The notes under the pieces: model-generated | Told to the model about the DNA's origin: nothing | What the model saw: only the letters and a program-made list of their open reading frames with translations | Database searches by the model: none | Assembly (NCBI RefSeq): GCF_041146345.1 | Contig: NW_027191414.1 | Location: 62,001 to 126,000, forward strand | Length of the DNA stretch: 64,000 bases | Origin: Neodothiora populina | Taxonomy: Eukaryota | Direction of reading: 5' to 3' | Made by a program: the position numbers and the translations under genes | In this document: positions 33,196 to 44,777 of the stretch, in pieces | Layout: every line of letters begins with the position of its first letter | Position numbering within the stretch: position 1 is the stretch's first letter

Positions 33196-35344
33196 CGACA
33201 TTTCCAACAATGACAACAGCTCCAAGCCGGGCTCGACGGCGACTTTGTTATCTCAGACTCGAAGATCAATTTCGAGTGCATCGCAGGCCTCTCGATCCAC
33301 GGGATTGACGTCCAATGTGTCCCGAACGTCGAGGGATCACGATGGCGGAGTCGTGTCTCCAGCTCCGACACCACGCAACGAGAAGCGCAAATCAGCGACG
33401 TCCATGTTCGTCAGAGACTATGAGTTCCTCACATCGCAGCAAAATTCGGAGGAATATCGTCGATTGTCCTTGAATCTGTCGCCTCACGTTACGCCGTCTC
33501 CATCGACTTTTTCTCTGCCTCTATCCTCGTCGTCCCCGACGCAATCGTCGAGAGAATCGTCACCAAGGAGAAACATCATCCGAAGTCTCAGCAAATTGCG
33601 TCTGCACCGAACGAGTCGCTCCAACAGCTCGTCCAAACACGAAGAGTAAGTCTCTTTCTTTTTTCTTCCTTTCGTTCTCCACCGGGGTTCTCGGCACTTT
33701 TGAGGTTGTCCTGTGACTAATCGCATTGGCGCCACCACCACAGTGAATGTCCTCATTGCCCGCACGATAGTTCGCGCCACCGTAGACCATCGCACACTCT
33801 ACCCTGCGGCCACAAGTACTGCACTCGGGCTCTCCGAAGAGTGATCCGAGACGCCGACAATGCTTCTTCCTCGTCTTCTGCTGTCGCGGCCAGCTGTCAC
33901 AGTTGCAGACAACCAATTCCCTCGAGCATAGTCGAGCGCGTCATGGGTCAGCAGCATCAAGCCCCTGCAGCGCCGACGCACCACAGTTGGCGAATGAGAA
34001 AAACCAGCTACACTCGAGACGACGATGCCATTAGTCTCATTTCGCACAAAGGCAGTACAGAGTTGGAAACTGTCACAGAGGGCGACCGGAGGCCTACGTC
34101 TGCAGCAGCAGCGCCAACAACTAGCACGACACCGAACTATGCCGAGTCGATGGCTGTGTTTGAGGCCGAGAGAGCTGCTCATAATACCGAAAGGGCGACG
34201 ATGGATTATTCCGAGTTCAGAGATATGTTCGCCGAGCAAGAAGCGCAGAGAGATGGATGCATTGTGCTTTACACTCGAGCACGACAAGAGCAAAACAAGA
34301 CGCACGATGCAGCAGTAGCGGAAGCAATGCGCAAGCACGAGACGCAGAGCAAGGACTTGTCAGAAAAGGTGAGTCAGGAACAAAGAAGGAATGGAGCTCT
34401 GTACACAATCAGCTAAACAATCCTCTTCCCAGCACATGCTCAACCTCTCCCAAGTCGAAGACAAACACGTACAAGACGAAATGGATTTGCGCGCAACACA
34501 AGAAGCCGAAGCGCGCAATACGGCGACAGCGCTGCACCACATGGAAGCCTTCTGCAGAGGCGAGTCCTCATCGAGTCGCGAACGTCACCACCGCATCATC
34601 ACGGAGCAAGATGTGCGCGAACTGGCCAAAACCCGACACCGCGCCGAGGACATGGACCGCAAGCACGAGGGAGAAATCAGCGTATTGCGTGGCGAACAAA
34701 CACGTCGCATGTCTCAGAGAATGCACCGACAAGAGCTCGAAGTGCAGCAATTGGAGAAACGCCAGCAAAAAGAACTGGATGATCTGGAAGGCAGAAAGGA
34801 CGAGGCAATAAGAGCGTTGAAAGAGGATCTGAATGAGAAGAAGGAGTGGTTGATGGACTGGTGGAAGATCAAGGTCGAGATCTGGCGAAAAGACATTGAG
34901 AACGCAACGAACGGTCCGCCTTTGTTTCAGGGATCTTTTGCGCCCGTCTCATGGCCTCATGACGACGAGCTCGTCGATATCGTTGCTCGCGCTTCCACTG
35001 CTGTTATTGCTGAAGGAAGAAGGAACGACGAGGACGAGGAAGATGACTTGATCCACGCAGACATGGACATGGGCACACGCCACAATAAGAGAAGAGACAC
35101 GATGCACGAGTCATCCTCGTCCGTGAGAGAAGGCGTATCAGCGACGATGGCAGAAGATAGAGAGGAGAAAAAATATGTTGGAAACAAAGGACAGCCGGCC
35201 TTCATACCTCTGCCTCCTCCTCACCAAGCTTCCTCCCTGGCGTCGTCCTCAGCGACACAATCGACGAAGAGGGAACAGGTAAAAGGAATGAGCACGTCGA
35301 TTGCTCTGAGAAGTGGCGGTAGTCCGGCAGCAGCGGTGGTCTAA
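33023..35344 (+). CDS. Conserved fungal hypothetical protein with degenerate RING-like finger and coiled coil (often labelled IBR-domain protein)
   Basis: Introns 33646-33743 and 34369-34432 join three ORF-track fragments in frame. Ser-rich N-terminal half, CPHC...LPCGHKYC...CHSC finger, then a helical E/Q/R-rich region (ALHHMEAFCRG). Confidence 0.75.
33164..33196. repeat. (AAC)11 microsatellite encoding poly-Asn
   Basis: Eleven perfect AAC units inside the CDS. Confidence 0.95.
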
Positions 35345-35839
35345 TCGCTGGTCCTAGTCAGAGACAAGACGAAAGCCTGATAAGAAGAATATAAAAGATA
35401 ACATATTGTATAATTTCACTCGAAAATCACCATAACAAGCGCGACGTGAAGTGCTCAATAATGTCAAATCGAAAAGTGTATATAGATGAAGAGCATACCG
35501 GAAGCAGGCAAAGCAAAAAGGAGAAGAGAAGCAAAGGAAAAGAGAAAAGAGAAAGCGCTGTTCCTTCTTTTGGCGTGCCTTCCCCGTTTGCAAGCATACA
35601 GTCGCGAAGATGCCTTAAGATACACAGAGCCGGTGGACAGACCGAGAAATACAGTAAGATATCCGGCCTTCGATCCCAGAGTTGCACATTTAGACACGAA
35701 AAAGGTGTATGATATGCATCTATATATAGCGTCTTGAAGTGGAATAAAAAGACACATCGAATCCAAAGTCAAACGTCACTCCATGAATCAGTCCCAGTCA
35801 ATCTTCCTTTTTCTCATCTATACCACTTCGACGTCCAAC

Positions 35840-38106
35840 TCATGTTCGCCATGCGCGGAGTGGCAAGCTTTGTAACTTCAGAGCTGCGGGTTTGATGTAG
35901 CCCCAGAATGTGATGATGCCGACGACGATACAGAGGACATTTACAATGTAGTATCCTGTTGTCTTGTGTCAGTTCCTGTTGGTATATAGATGTAGAAGAA
36001 GAGAAAACCCACCATCTCTGTTGATGTCACACGATCCACCACCGTTTATGCAGCGGTGTTTCTCGGCCTCGAGCACACAGGAGAAGGACTGAGTGATCAA
36101 GTCTCCCTTGAGATCTGACGGAGCTTTGGCAGGCGGTGTACACGTGGCGACGGTGAAATAGTCGACGAATTTCAGGACGAAAAAGCGAGGGAAGGTTCCG
36201 CCCAGATTGCTGACACTGTAGAAGAGTCAGTATTGGAAAAGCATCAGATCAGGAAGAAGACTTACGTGGCGAGCAGAGTCATATAAGTACCACCAATGGT
36301 GGGATCGGCAATCTTTGCGTGGAACGCCGAGACGGCGACGAACATGATGGTGCTCATGAAGGTGCTGAAGACGTGCTCGACAATGACCAGCAGCAAAAAA
36401 GGAGTGGTGGTGCCACCGGCTGGGAAGATCATGACGGTGAATTGGGCAAAAGCGGCAGCCACGAGTCGGAGAACAAAAGCCCAGCACCAGAGACGCATGG
36501 GAGAGTACTTTTCGCTCCACTTGCCGGCATAGTAACCCAGGGAGATCTCAAAGGGAAAGTCGATCAGCACAGTCAAGGCCAGATCCTCCTGGGAAAAGCC
36601 CTTGTCGAGCAACTTGAGGTTCGTGACGGCATCGTTGGCCTGGAAGCCGATCTTGGCGATCAAGTGGATGATGATGATGGACTGGATGTTCTTGAGTTTG
36701 AGCACCTTGCCCATGACCTTGTAGACGTCGATGATGCCGTCCTTTTCCTTTGTCTTCTCTTCTTTCTTCAGGATAGCCAGGCCGAAGGTGACGAGCAGAT
36801 ACATCCACCCCCAGAAGGCGAGGTAGCCGCCGAGCGTGAAGAGACCGTGATCCAGGGGCGTAGTGCGGAACCATTTGTTGGCAAAGTCCTTGGACGAGAG
36901 GGCGAGGAAGACGGTGTAGGACATGAACTGACCAGCAGTGAGGCCGACAGTCTGCGCAGTGCTGGCGTAGGAGAGATTCGAGGGCGAGAGCAGAGTGAGG
37001 GCCCAGCCGTCAACCGCAATGTCCTGCGTCGCGCACATGAAGACCAGAGCGAACCACCATCCGGTGAAGCCCCAGACGCCGGCTCCTCCGTCGGCGCCAG
37101 CCTTGACCATCATCTCCTCGACTCTTCCTCCCAGCCAGATCATGGAGAAGCCGCTGATTGTCTGTATGGGCAGAATCCAACTCTTTCTGCGTCCCACCTT
37201 GAGGCTCCAGACGGCGTCGACAATGGGAGACCAGAGGAGCTTGAGGCTGTAGGGGTAGCTGGCGAGCGAGTAGACTCCGATCTGGCCGTACGAGAGATGG
37301 CTTTTGAGCAGGAAGGGAACAGATCCGGCCGCCAGACCCATGGGGATTCCCTGCAAGAAATACAGCAGGACCAACAGCAGAAAGTTGCGCTTGTCTTGCT
37401 CGGGCAGTTCGGAGAAGCCCTTTGCGGCAGCCGAGTCGGGGTGAGAGGTGGGTGTGGGCACGTCGTGGTCGAGAGAGAAGGAGGGTCTGTTTATGAGACT
37501 GGCGGCCTGAGCCTGCGTGTTGTCCGACATTTCAATCGAGGCATGCCGTCTGCGAGCCTCGAGAAGCGACGCCGAATTCATCTCTCCGTTGCTGTTGACT
37601 CTCTTGGGTGTGCTCAAGCCGCTGCTCGTCGACGAAACCGAGTTGCTTCCCCGACTGAGCCTGGTCTGAGGATTCGGGGACCGACTCTTGCCCTTCCGAA
37701 CCATTGATGTGGAAGACGAGGGGGACGCACCCGAAGCGAGCGTCGCCGGCGAGTGCTTGATCTGGACGTCTTTGGGTTTTGATCGATGCGAGTTTGCTGC
37801 CGAGATGTCGAGGGGCGGAGGAGGCGGTCGTTGTCTCACTCGTTCGGCCGAGTCTGAGAACAGAGGAGGAATGAAGGTACGGAGAGGGATCGAGGCCTGT
37901 GGTTCTGGGCTTGACGAACTTTGTTGATGTTGATGATGATGATAAGAATAAAGATGATCGTCTTGTACTTGTTCGTGTGCAGTTACAGGCAGCAGAGAAG
38001 GAGAAGAGCGAAAGACTGTCGGATTGGAAGCTGCGGCAGTCGCAGCAGCAGCAGAAGAGGAAGGAGCGCGAGCGGGGAAGATATCACCTGCCACTGGTAC
38101 AGACAT
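35840..38106 (-). CDS. Acetyl-CoA transporter (AT-1/SLC33A1-like, MFS)
   Basis: Introns 36216-36265 and 35956-36012. LLVLLYFLQGIPMGL, YPYSLKLLWSPIVD, GRRKSWI, ATQDIAVDGWAL, DPTIGGTYMTLLATVSNLGGTFP. Start may instead be the ATG at 37704. Confidence 0.93.
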
Positions 38107-38524
38107 GCATCTGGAATTGACCAGTCTGGATGATTGAATAGAAGTCAACTATAAAGAGAGAAATATACAGAGAGAGTGTGTGAATGGACACCGTGGGATA
38201 GCTGGTGCTCTTGTGGAAACGTTTGCTCTATACGGGGATTTATTTTGTGCTCCACAACTCCAGAGAAACAATGGATCCCCCTCGACAACGCGGGATTGAC
38301 GCTGCGTCTGCCGCTGTGTGCTGCATACTCCCCACTCTGACACTTTGATCAATGGTCATCTGCACTTGATTGCAAAGCACAGTACAGATATCGTTGATGA
38401 TAGAATATCTGTGGCTATTTTTGGTCATCGAGGTTTCGAGACAGAACGATGTCCCTCCCTACAGTTGCGCAACGTTGCATCTCCGCAAGCCTTTCTCTCT
38501 CGCGCCAAGCCCCGTAGAAGAGTG

Positions 38525-40100
38525 TCAGATGCAGTCAGGCATCACTGTAATCCTAAATGCAATGTCGACAAATGTAGAAGCAGGGAAGATCATGATAACG
38601 GAGAGCAAAGGTATCTGTTTTGTCGCGTCCACGTGTGTGGCTAGAGCCTCATACCGGATCTTGAGCATACCTTGCCCCTTGATGGTGACCACCGCTTCGG
38701 CGTCGAAAATAGAAACGTCCACCGTACCAACGATAGTTGTTATAATGAGATCAGATTCCATGTCCGAGATGTCGCCCTCGTCCTCTCTCGCGCTGATTGC
38801 GTAATGACCCTATATTTCTCCTTCGACTCTTGGCTGTGGTCAATTGGCGGTCGAGTCTAATGGCGGCGGACCGAAGCCTTGTATGATTTGTTCCAAATTC
38901 ACAGACGCTGTCAATGCCCCTCGATCTTTTCTTTAATGCCTGCAGGAAAATACAAATCGATGAGCGTGTCGGCATTGGCCGTCGCGGGAAGCCGATATTG
39001 GCAGCGTATGCTTGAATGATACCTAAGGTAGGTAGGTAGGTAGGAACATCAGGTGCGGAGGCGGCTCCATCTTCCTTAGACCCCGGAGAATCTGTACAGG
39101 TACAGTACGACAACGACTACTGCAGACCTTGAGGTACCGTGGAGCAATACAATAGCACCTGAATTATCATCAGAAGGGGCACAGAAGATCACCCAAATCA
39201 CATGAGGTCATCGGCAACGCTCGCTCGATATTCCAGATCCACTCGCAAATCCCCACGAGATCTGGATGATTCTCCCGTTGTTGTCGCGTGGGATGTTCGA
39301 TTAGCATCCTTAGCCTGTCTGTATTGAGAAGCATTCCAATTGTTACTGTGACCAGATCACCCTGTGGCTCTGCTCCTTTCTGTTGTCTCAAGGCTATAGG
39401 GACCTGCGGAACATCACCCGCAGTGTCCCTTTTGACTACGGACATTGCGATTGGACGACGAGGGCGAGATTCCATGGAAATGCGAAAGCAGATAAACTGA
39501 CTTTTTCCTCGTTGCTTCGTTTCACAACGAGGCGCAGCGAAATTTACGCGACCCATATCGTATTGGGACATGACGTCGAGTATGGCACTCCAGGGCAGTT
39601 AGATGGCCCGCAAAACCCCATTGGCCGTTTCTTGGTATTCGTTGTGGTGGCTCTTCTATACCGACCCATTCCCACAAGGCTCCCAGATACTCCATTTCCA
39701 GGCATTGACAGGGATGATCCGTAGAATGTACCGGGGGACTCGGTGAAACAGACGGAGAATACTCGACTTGACTGACACGCGACTTCTAGAAATTCTTTCC
39801 CTTGGAGGGGACCTGGCATTCTTGTATGCTCATTGTACGACTTGAGCAATGAGATACCAGCATTCTGTATCGAGTATTTGAGCAAATTTGAATTCCCTGC
39901 AGAGACATCATACACGGCAATTACAAGCAAGCTTTGCTCAAAATCCGACAAGTTGGTAATACGTTGTGTTGTGGCTCGTTTCGAGCAACGTTCGACAAAC
40001 GTTCATGCCAAGAATCGACTCACTTTGTGCAGTGCGTCGCCAAATCTACCCTCGGTCAAGATTGGCTGTAGTCGCCCGTGTCAACGTTCTAAGACAAGCA
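38525..40100 (-). pseudogene. Possible decayed gene remnant(s)
   Basis: Protein-like minus-strand fragments (e.g. EDEGDISDMESDLIITTIVGTVDVSIFDAEAVVTIKG at about 38525-38810; 39170-39571; 39544-39951) separated by stops and frame changes. No family recognised. Confidence 0.25.
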
Positions 40101-40679
40101 GGACGTTGAATGCTTGACCTAGAACATCCAGAGAAATACAGATTTGATATGAGCTAGTCAGGCAAAATCATGGCGAACAGACGCCTGCGGAATGCTGTAC
40201 ATTGCATATCACTGCGAAATATGAACTTGGATATGGCAACCACTTGTTCTGGATTGTAGGAATCAGAGCCATCAGCCGATGAGTAACATGGCTTTCATTG
40301 TATACACGCTGTGCACCGTGATGAATAGGTGCTTCTCCGCGGACTGGTAACATCATCCTTGCACGGCAGATGTCAGTGTCCTTCTCCCGTCACCGTTATA
40401 ACGTTCCGCAGACGACGGTATATGAGCAATGAAGCCAGAAAGTCAGTCATGTCGAATCAAGTGACATGCCACGGCTGAAGTTGACAATGGATGGACCGTG
40501 TCAGCTGGTGTCTTAATCTTTTATTCTGGAACATAGGTTGAGGTTATAGTAATGCCATTTTGCTACGCCTCCCAGTCTCGATACTGGATTTAAGCATCAT
40601 GTACCCATCGTAGCAACCGAACCTGTCGTCGTCCATTACTCTTAACCCTCTACCATATCAGACGTCCTCCATATGAGCT

Positions 40680-42007
40680 ATGGTATCGCCAGAGGTCGCC
40701 AAATATGGCCTAGATCCGTGGGGTCTCCTCTTTGTTCCTATACCGTTGATAGTGTTAGTTGCAATCACACTGCCCCTCCGACTGTGGGTTCGATTCCGCT
40801 TCACTCGGAAGCCTGGATGGGATGACTGGCTTTTGATCGTATCAAGTGTAAGTTTCCATATTACGATATTGTCTACATAACCAATCAAATCATCCTTTAT
40901 CGAACCGAGACGGATTTATCACCTCCATGATATGATCGTATGCTAATCCACGCCCAGGCACTCTTCTTTCTCGAATGCGCATGTCTCATGGCGGTGGGAC
41001 ATGTTCAGTTGACAAAGGGGATAACGGAACCAGTGATAGAGCTCGGTGTGGTGTGTTGAAGCTGGCCGATCCGATATTCTTGAAAGACCAAAGGCTGATT
41101 CTCATTCCAGCTAAATTTTGCGGGCATCGCTGCGTACGTCTTAGCGCAAGCAACATTCAAGCTATCTATGGCGTTCTTCTTCTTCAGGATTGTCATTGAA
41201 CGCTGGCAGAGATGGTTGATAATCATCAGCGTGGCAGTCTACGTCCAACTCAGTCTCGCCGTTCTGTTTATCTTCCTTTTCCAGTGCGGCGACCCTGCAA
41301 AACTCACACTCAACGGTACAGCAGGTTCAGCCGATACGCCAAAATGTCTGGACTTTGCAAGCGTTTTGGAGCCTGTCTTTTACGTCTATGCGGCCTTGAA
41401 CGTGGTAGTGGACTGGCTCTTCGCAACCATCCCTATCGTTGTCATTCGGAAATTGCAGATGGACAGAAAGGACAAATATTCCGCCATCTTCGTTATCGTG
41501 CTGGCTTGCTCTGCCAGTACTATTTCGTTGGTACGACTTCCATTCGTTGATGGACTCAACCCGATGGCCAGTTACTACTCCAGCGCTTCCAATCGCATTG
41601 CTTATACCTCCGTCGCTGAGACGGGTGTTGGGATCGCTGCAGCTTCGTTGGCCACAACACGCCCTTTACTACGAGCTTGGAGGGACAGAGCGCGTTCGAT
41701 AGCACGCAGTACCAGGAAGTCCGACAAGTCGGCCTTTAGCTCGCCGTCGGGAAAGACACCAATTCGTCGTGAGCAACTCCTTAATGATAATCTCACGCCG
41801 ATGACCGATCTCGCCCAAAGCTGGGATAGCTATGCGGTTTCCACCAAGCCAGAATCCGTGCGCTCACCCATCATTCCGGACATTGAAGATAGCGATGAAG
41901 AAAGTATGGTGCCTGCCGATTGTCACTGTCACCTTGCTATGACTCAGGTCGCCGAGGTCAAGAAATCTCGCATCGGCTCCGTCGAGGTTCATGTCGATGT
42001 ACCATGA
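40680..42007 (+). CDS. Pth11-like integral membrane protein (fungal rhodopsin-domain GPCR-like, no CFEM)
   Basis: Introns 40848-40957 and 41051-41110. LRLWVRF..GWDDWL, KLSMAFFFFRI, FQC, DWLFATIP..IRKLQM, ETGVGIAAASLATTRPL. Confidence 0.9.
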
Positions 42008-42618
42008 GTATGGCATATGTCTGACGAGAGTCAACAAGACTACGTCTAAGCCATAATTTACTGCGAAGTCATGCCATTGCAACCAAGGCATACAGTATGC
42101 CTCCCGTATTGCGCGGTATAGGTCAAACACCGGCTCCCTCAGCGAGAGACGCATGCAGTGCTTGCACTGGCTGGTGGCTTGCCGTGCACAGCCCACTACA
42201 CGGGAGTGCGATCAAGGTGTATGCATACTCACGGTCAAGCGCATCGAGGGCTCGCCGTGCTCCCGGCCATATGACAGGAACACTCGACGCGCGGTGCAAT
42301 AACAGATTCATGCAGCACACATGGAAATTGTCGATGGATGAGATGCTACAACACTAAAAAAAAGCAATCAGGCTAGCAAGTAACACCGCTTGTTGGCTGA
42401 CTTCCACACTCTCTTGGCGACCAGATCAGAACACAAATGTTCTATCTGACAGAGAATCGCCATAAAGCCCTACCTTGTACGACCAGATGTTCGAGGGGCG
42501 GGACCCCTCACGATTCATGTATATATTCATTTCATGTAGAAAATATTGTTGCTTTTATCAGCGTTAGAAAGTAATTTACAGAACAGAACAGCTCAGTCGA
42601 GCCATGACATACACAATT

Positions 42619-43996
42619 CTACTTGACTCTAGATGCGTGATTACCCGCGCCTTTACTTTCATCTTCCGGATTCCACGCAAATGTCTGTGAAAGTGGCGCA
42701 ACCAGTTTCTTAAGTGCATGCCCATAGTCTCCCGCGTTCGGCGTCCTCAACAGCGTATGCACGTGAAACTTGGCAGGCTCCTCGTTATTCAGGAACACGC
42801 CCGAGTGATGATCGAACTCGACAATGACGACCGGGTTCTGAATGCGATAATAAAACGCATCGTCGTCTCCGTAGCCGCCGATCCAGCAGAAATACGTCTC
42901 GTCGGGAAAGGACATGGCCTGCTCGAGTTTCTTCTTGCGCGACTGAGCAGGTAAGTAAAGAAAATACTCATCAACGATCTTGTTGACGAGCACCCGCTGC
43001 TCTGGAGTCATGTCTGCCATCTTGATGCCCTCGTATGGCACGACACGGTTGTCTCTGTACGCGCCGCAGAGATGGCGCTGGTCGTCGCGGTTCCAGCGAC
43101 CTTCGGGCATGGCCGGATCGTGCATTTGCTTGTACAGCTGCGCTTTCTGCTGGAGTTCGGAAGACAGGCTCTGCATCAGCTTGAGACCGAGCACTTCTTC
43201 GTGTGTCAGGATTCGAGTGCCTTTGTATGGCCCGCTGTCAATCTCGTTTGGCTCTGCGCCCGTGAACCACGGCGAGATCATGATTTGGGATCTGTAGAGG
43301 AAGATGTTGAGACATAAATGGTGGCCGTAGAATGACCAGCCCCATGGTCTCGTCGTGCTCGGTGTGCCGAACAGGACGAAATTGTAGCTAAACTCGTTGC
43401 ACACTTTGGAGCCGCCGACGAGTTTGCCAAGGAATCCGTTGATCCTCATTGCTGAGACGGCTTTGTCGTATCCTTCCGGAGATAGGGTTGCTTCTAGGAC
43501 TTTCATTACGGCATTGCGCAGGTCCGGGCTTAGTTCATCGAGATGAAGGCCTTTGTTGCTTAGCAGGAACTCGGGGTTAGACCATGTCCTCCACTCTGGC
43601 GAATCGATGTGGTATTGAAAGGACGATCGCTGAGAGTCATCTAGTTGAGCAATAACAGCATTTGCGGCCTCCACAATGGAGCCGACATCGACGCCCTCGT
43701 CTTGGATTTCGAAAAGACCGTCTTGTACGGTGCCTGTGGTTGTCAGTATTATGTCTTGGCAGATATTTCCTGCATCACGGACCGTCACTTGTGACACCCT
43801 TGAAAGGCTCAGTGAGCAGATTCCTCCAATGCTCATAAAGAGCATATAGCCAAGGAGGATTGTGCTTAGTTTTGAAGTCATTTGCATATTCATGGGCATC
43901 TTGCTTGGCCATCATCTGGAAGCGAGGCACATCGAGATTGGGGAGACATTTCCGATACTCGCCGGATCGGAACGTGAGACCACCATGTTCAGCCAT
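42619..43996 (-). CDS. DUF3500 family protein (uncharacterised, His-rich putative metalloenzyme)
   Basis: Intron 43734-43782. WRTWSNPE, WGWSFYGHHLCLN, PWFTGAEP, YYRIQNPVVIVEFDHHSGVFL, HVHTLLRTPNAGDYG. Confidence 0.85.
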
Positions 43997-44627
43997 GATG
44001 ATCAATTCGTTACAAAGGAAAAACGATGGAAATGCAGGACTAAAGTCAGCAGGAAGAACGACCTTTGCGCACTCTTCGTCTGATATATGTAATATAAACG
44101 TCGGCACTTGCACAAGGTATCGACTGCATACACTTTTGGTGGACTGAAGCTTCACATATTCCCCACCCCACATGGCCCTTTCCCCACATTGTCTCCACAA
44201 TCGTGTCTAGACACACAGCTTCCGACTCGGCTCAAAACAGCGGTTAAGATAACTCAGGACTGTCTATGTCGTTGCAGTGTGTTTGCGAGAGATATAACAA
44301 CAGTGTGTTGTAACATCTGGTCCGGACGACCGTGACGCTACAACCGCTTCATGCGATCCTAGCAGTTCTCTCGAGTGTTATGCCCTCATACACTCTTCAT
44401 GAAGTCATTTCGCGGGAACGATTCCATAGCATTGGAATGAGTTCTGACTCGAGAACGCAGACTTGCCATTGTGTCTCGCTGATGAACTGCCTCATCATAG
44501 TCCGATCTCAACAACGGGCTGATGTATCCGGCAAGATGCTGTTCAGGTATGCAAGGCTGATTAGACATCTGATGGTGTTTCAATCTAAAGCTCACCGCGA
44601 CATCACGTGATTGCGTGCTACCACTCA

Positions 44628-44654
44628 TCGCGTTGCCATGACGATTCAACGCGT
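44628..44654. promoter_or_regulatory. Two MCB-like elements upstream of the coiled-coil gene
   Basis: TCGCGT at 44628-44633 and ACGCGT at 44649-44654, about 125-150 nt upstream of the ATG at 44778. Confidence 0.4.
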
Positions 44655-44777
44655 AAAATGCGGTGTGACACCGAATCATCCAAATGACGACCATGAAGTG
44701 GCAAGGAGGCATGCCAGCAGCTGCGATAACAGCAGCAGCACCGGCAACACCAACAGCAAGATCTCAGATAGCTGAGA

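Noticed and set aside
34369..34432. Apparent frameshift between ORFs 33841-34416 and 34391-35344
   Set aside because: Fully explained by a canonical GTGAGT...CAG intron. The same holds for the frame breaks in the DUF3500, RdRP and MFS genes.
36319..37707. 462-aa plus-strand ORF, and similar long antisense ORFs at 4734-5360, 6610-7233, 9748-10539, 16317-17075, 18307-18942, 60951-61727
   Set aside because: Antisense shadows of high-GC3 coding genes with no protein motifs.
40787..40797. GGTTCGATTCC, a perfect tRNA T-loop/B-box
   Set aside because: Lies within the Pth11-like CDS (WVRFR), the T-stem does not pair, and no cloverleaf forms.
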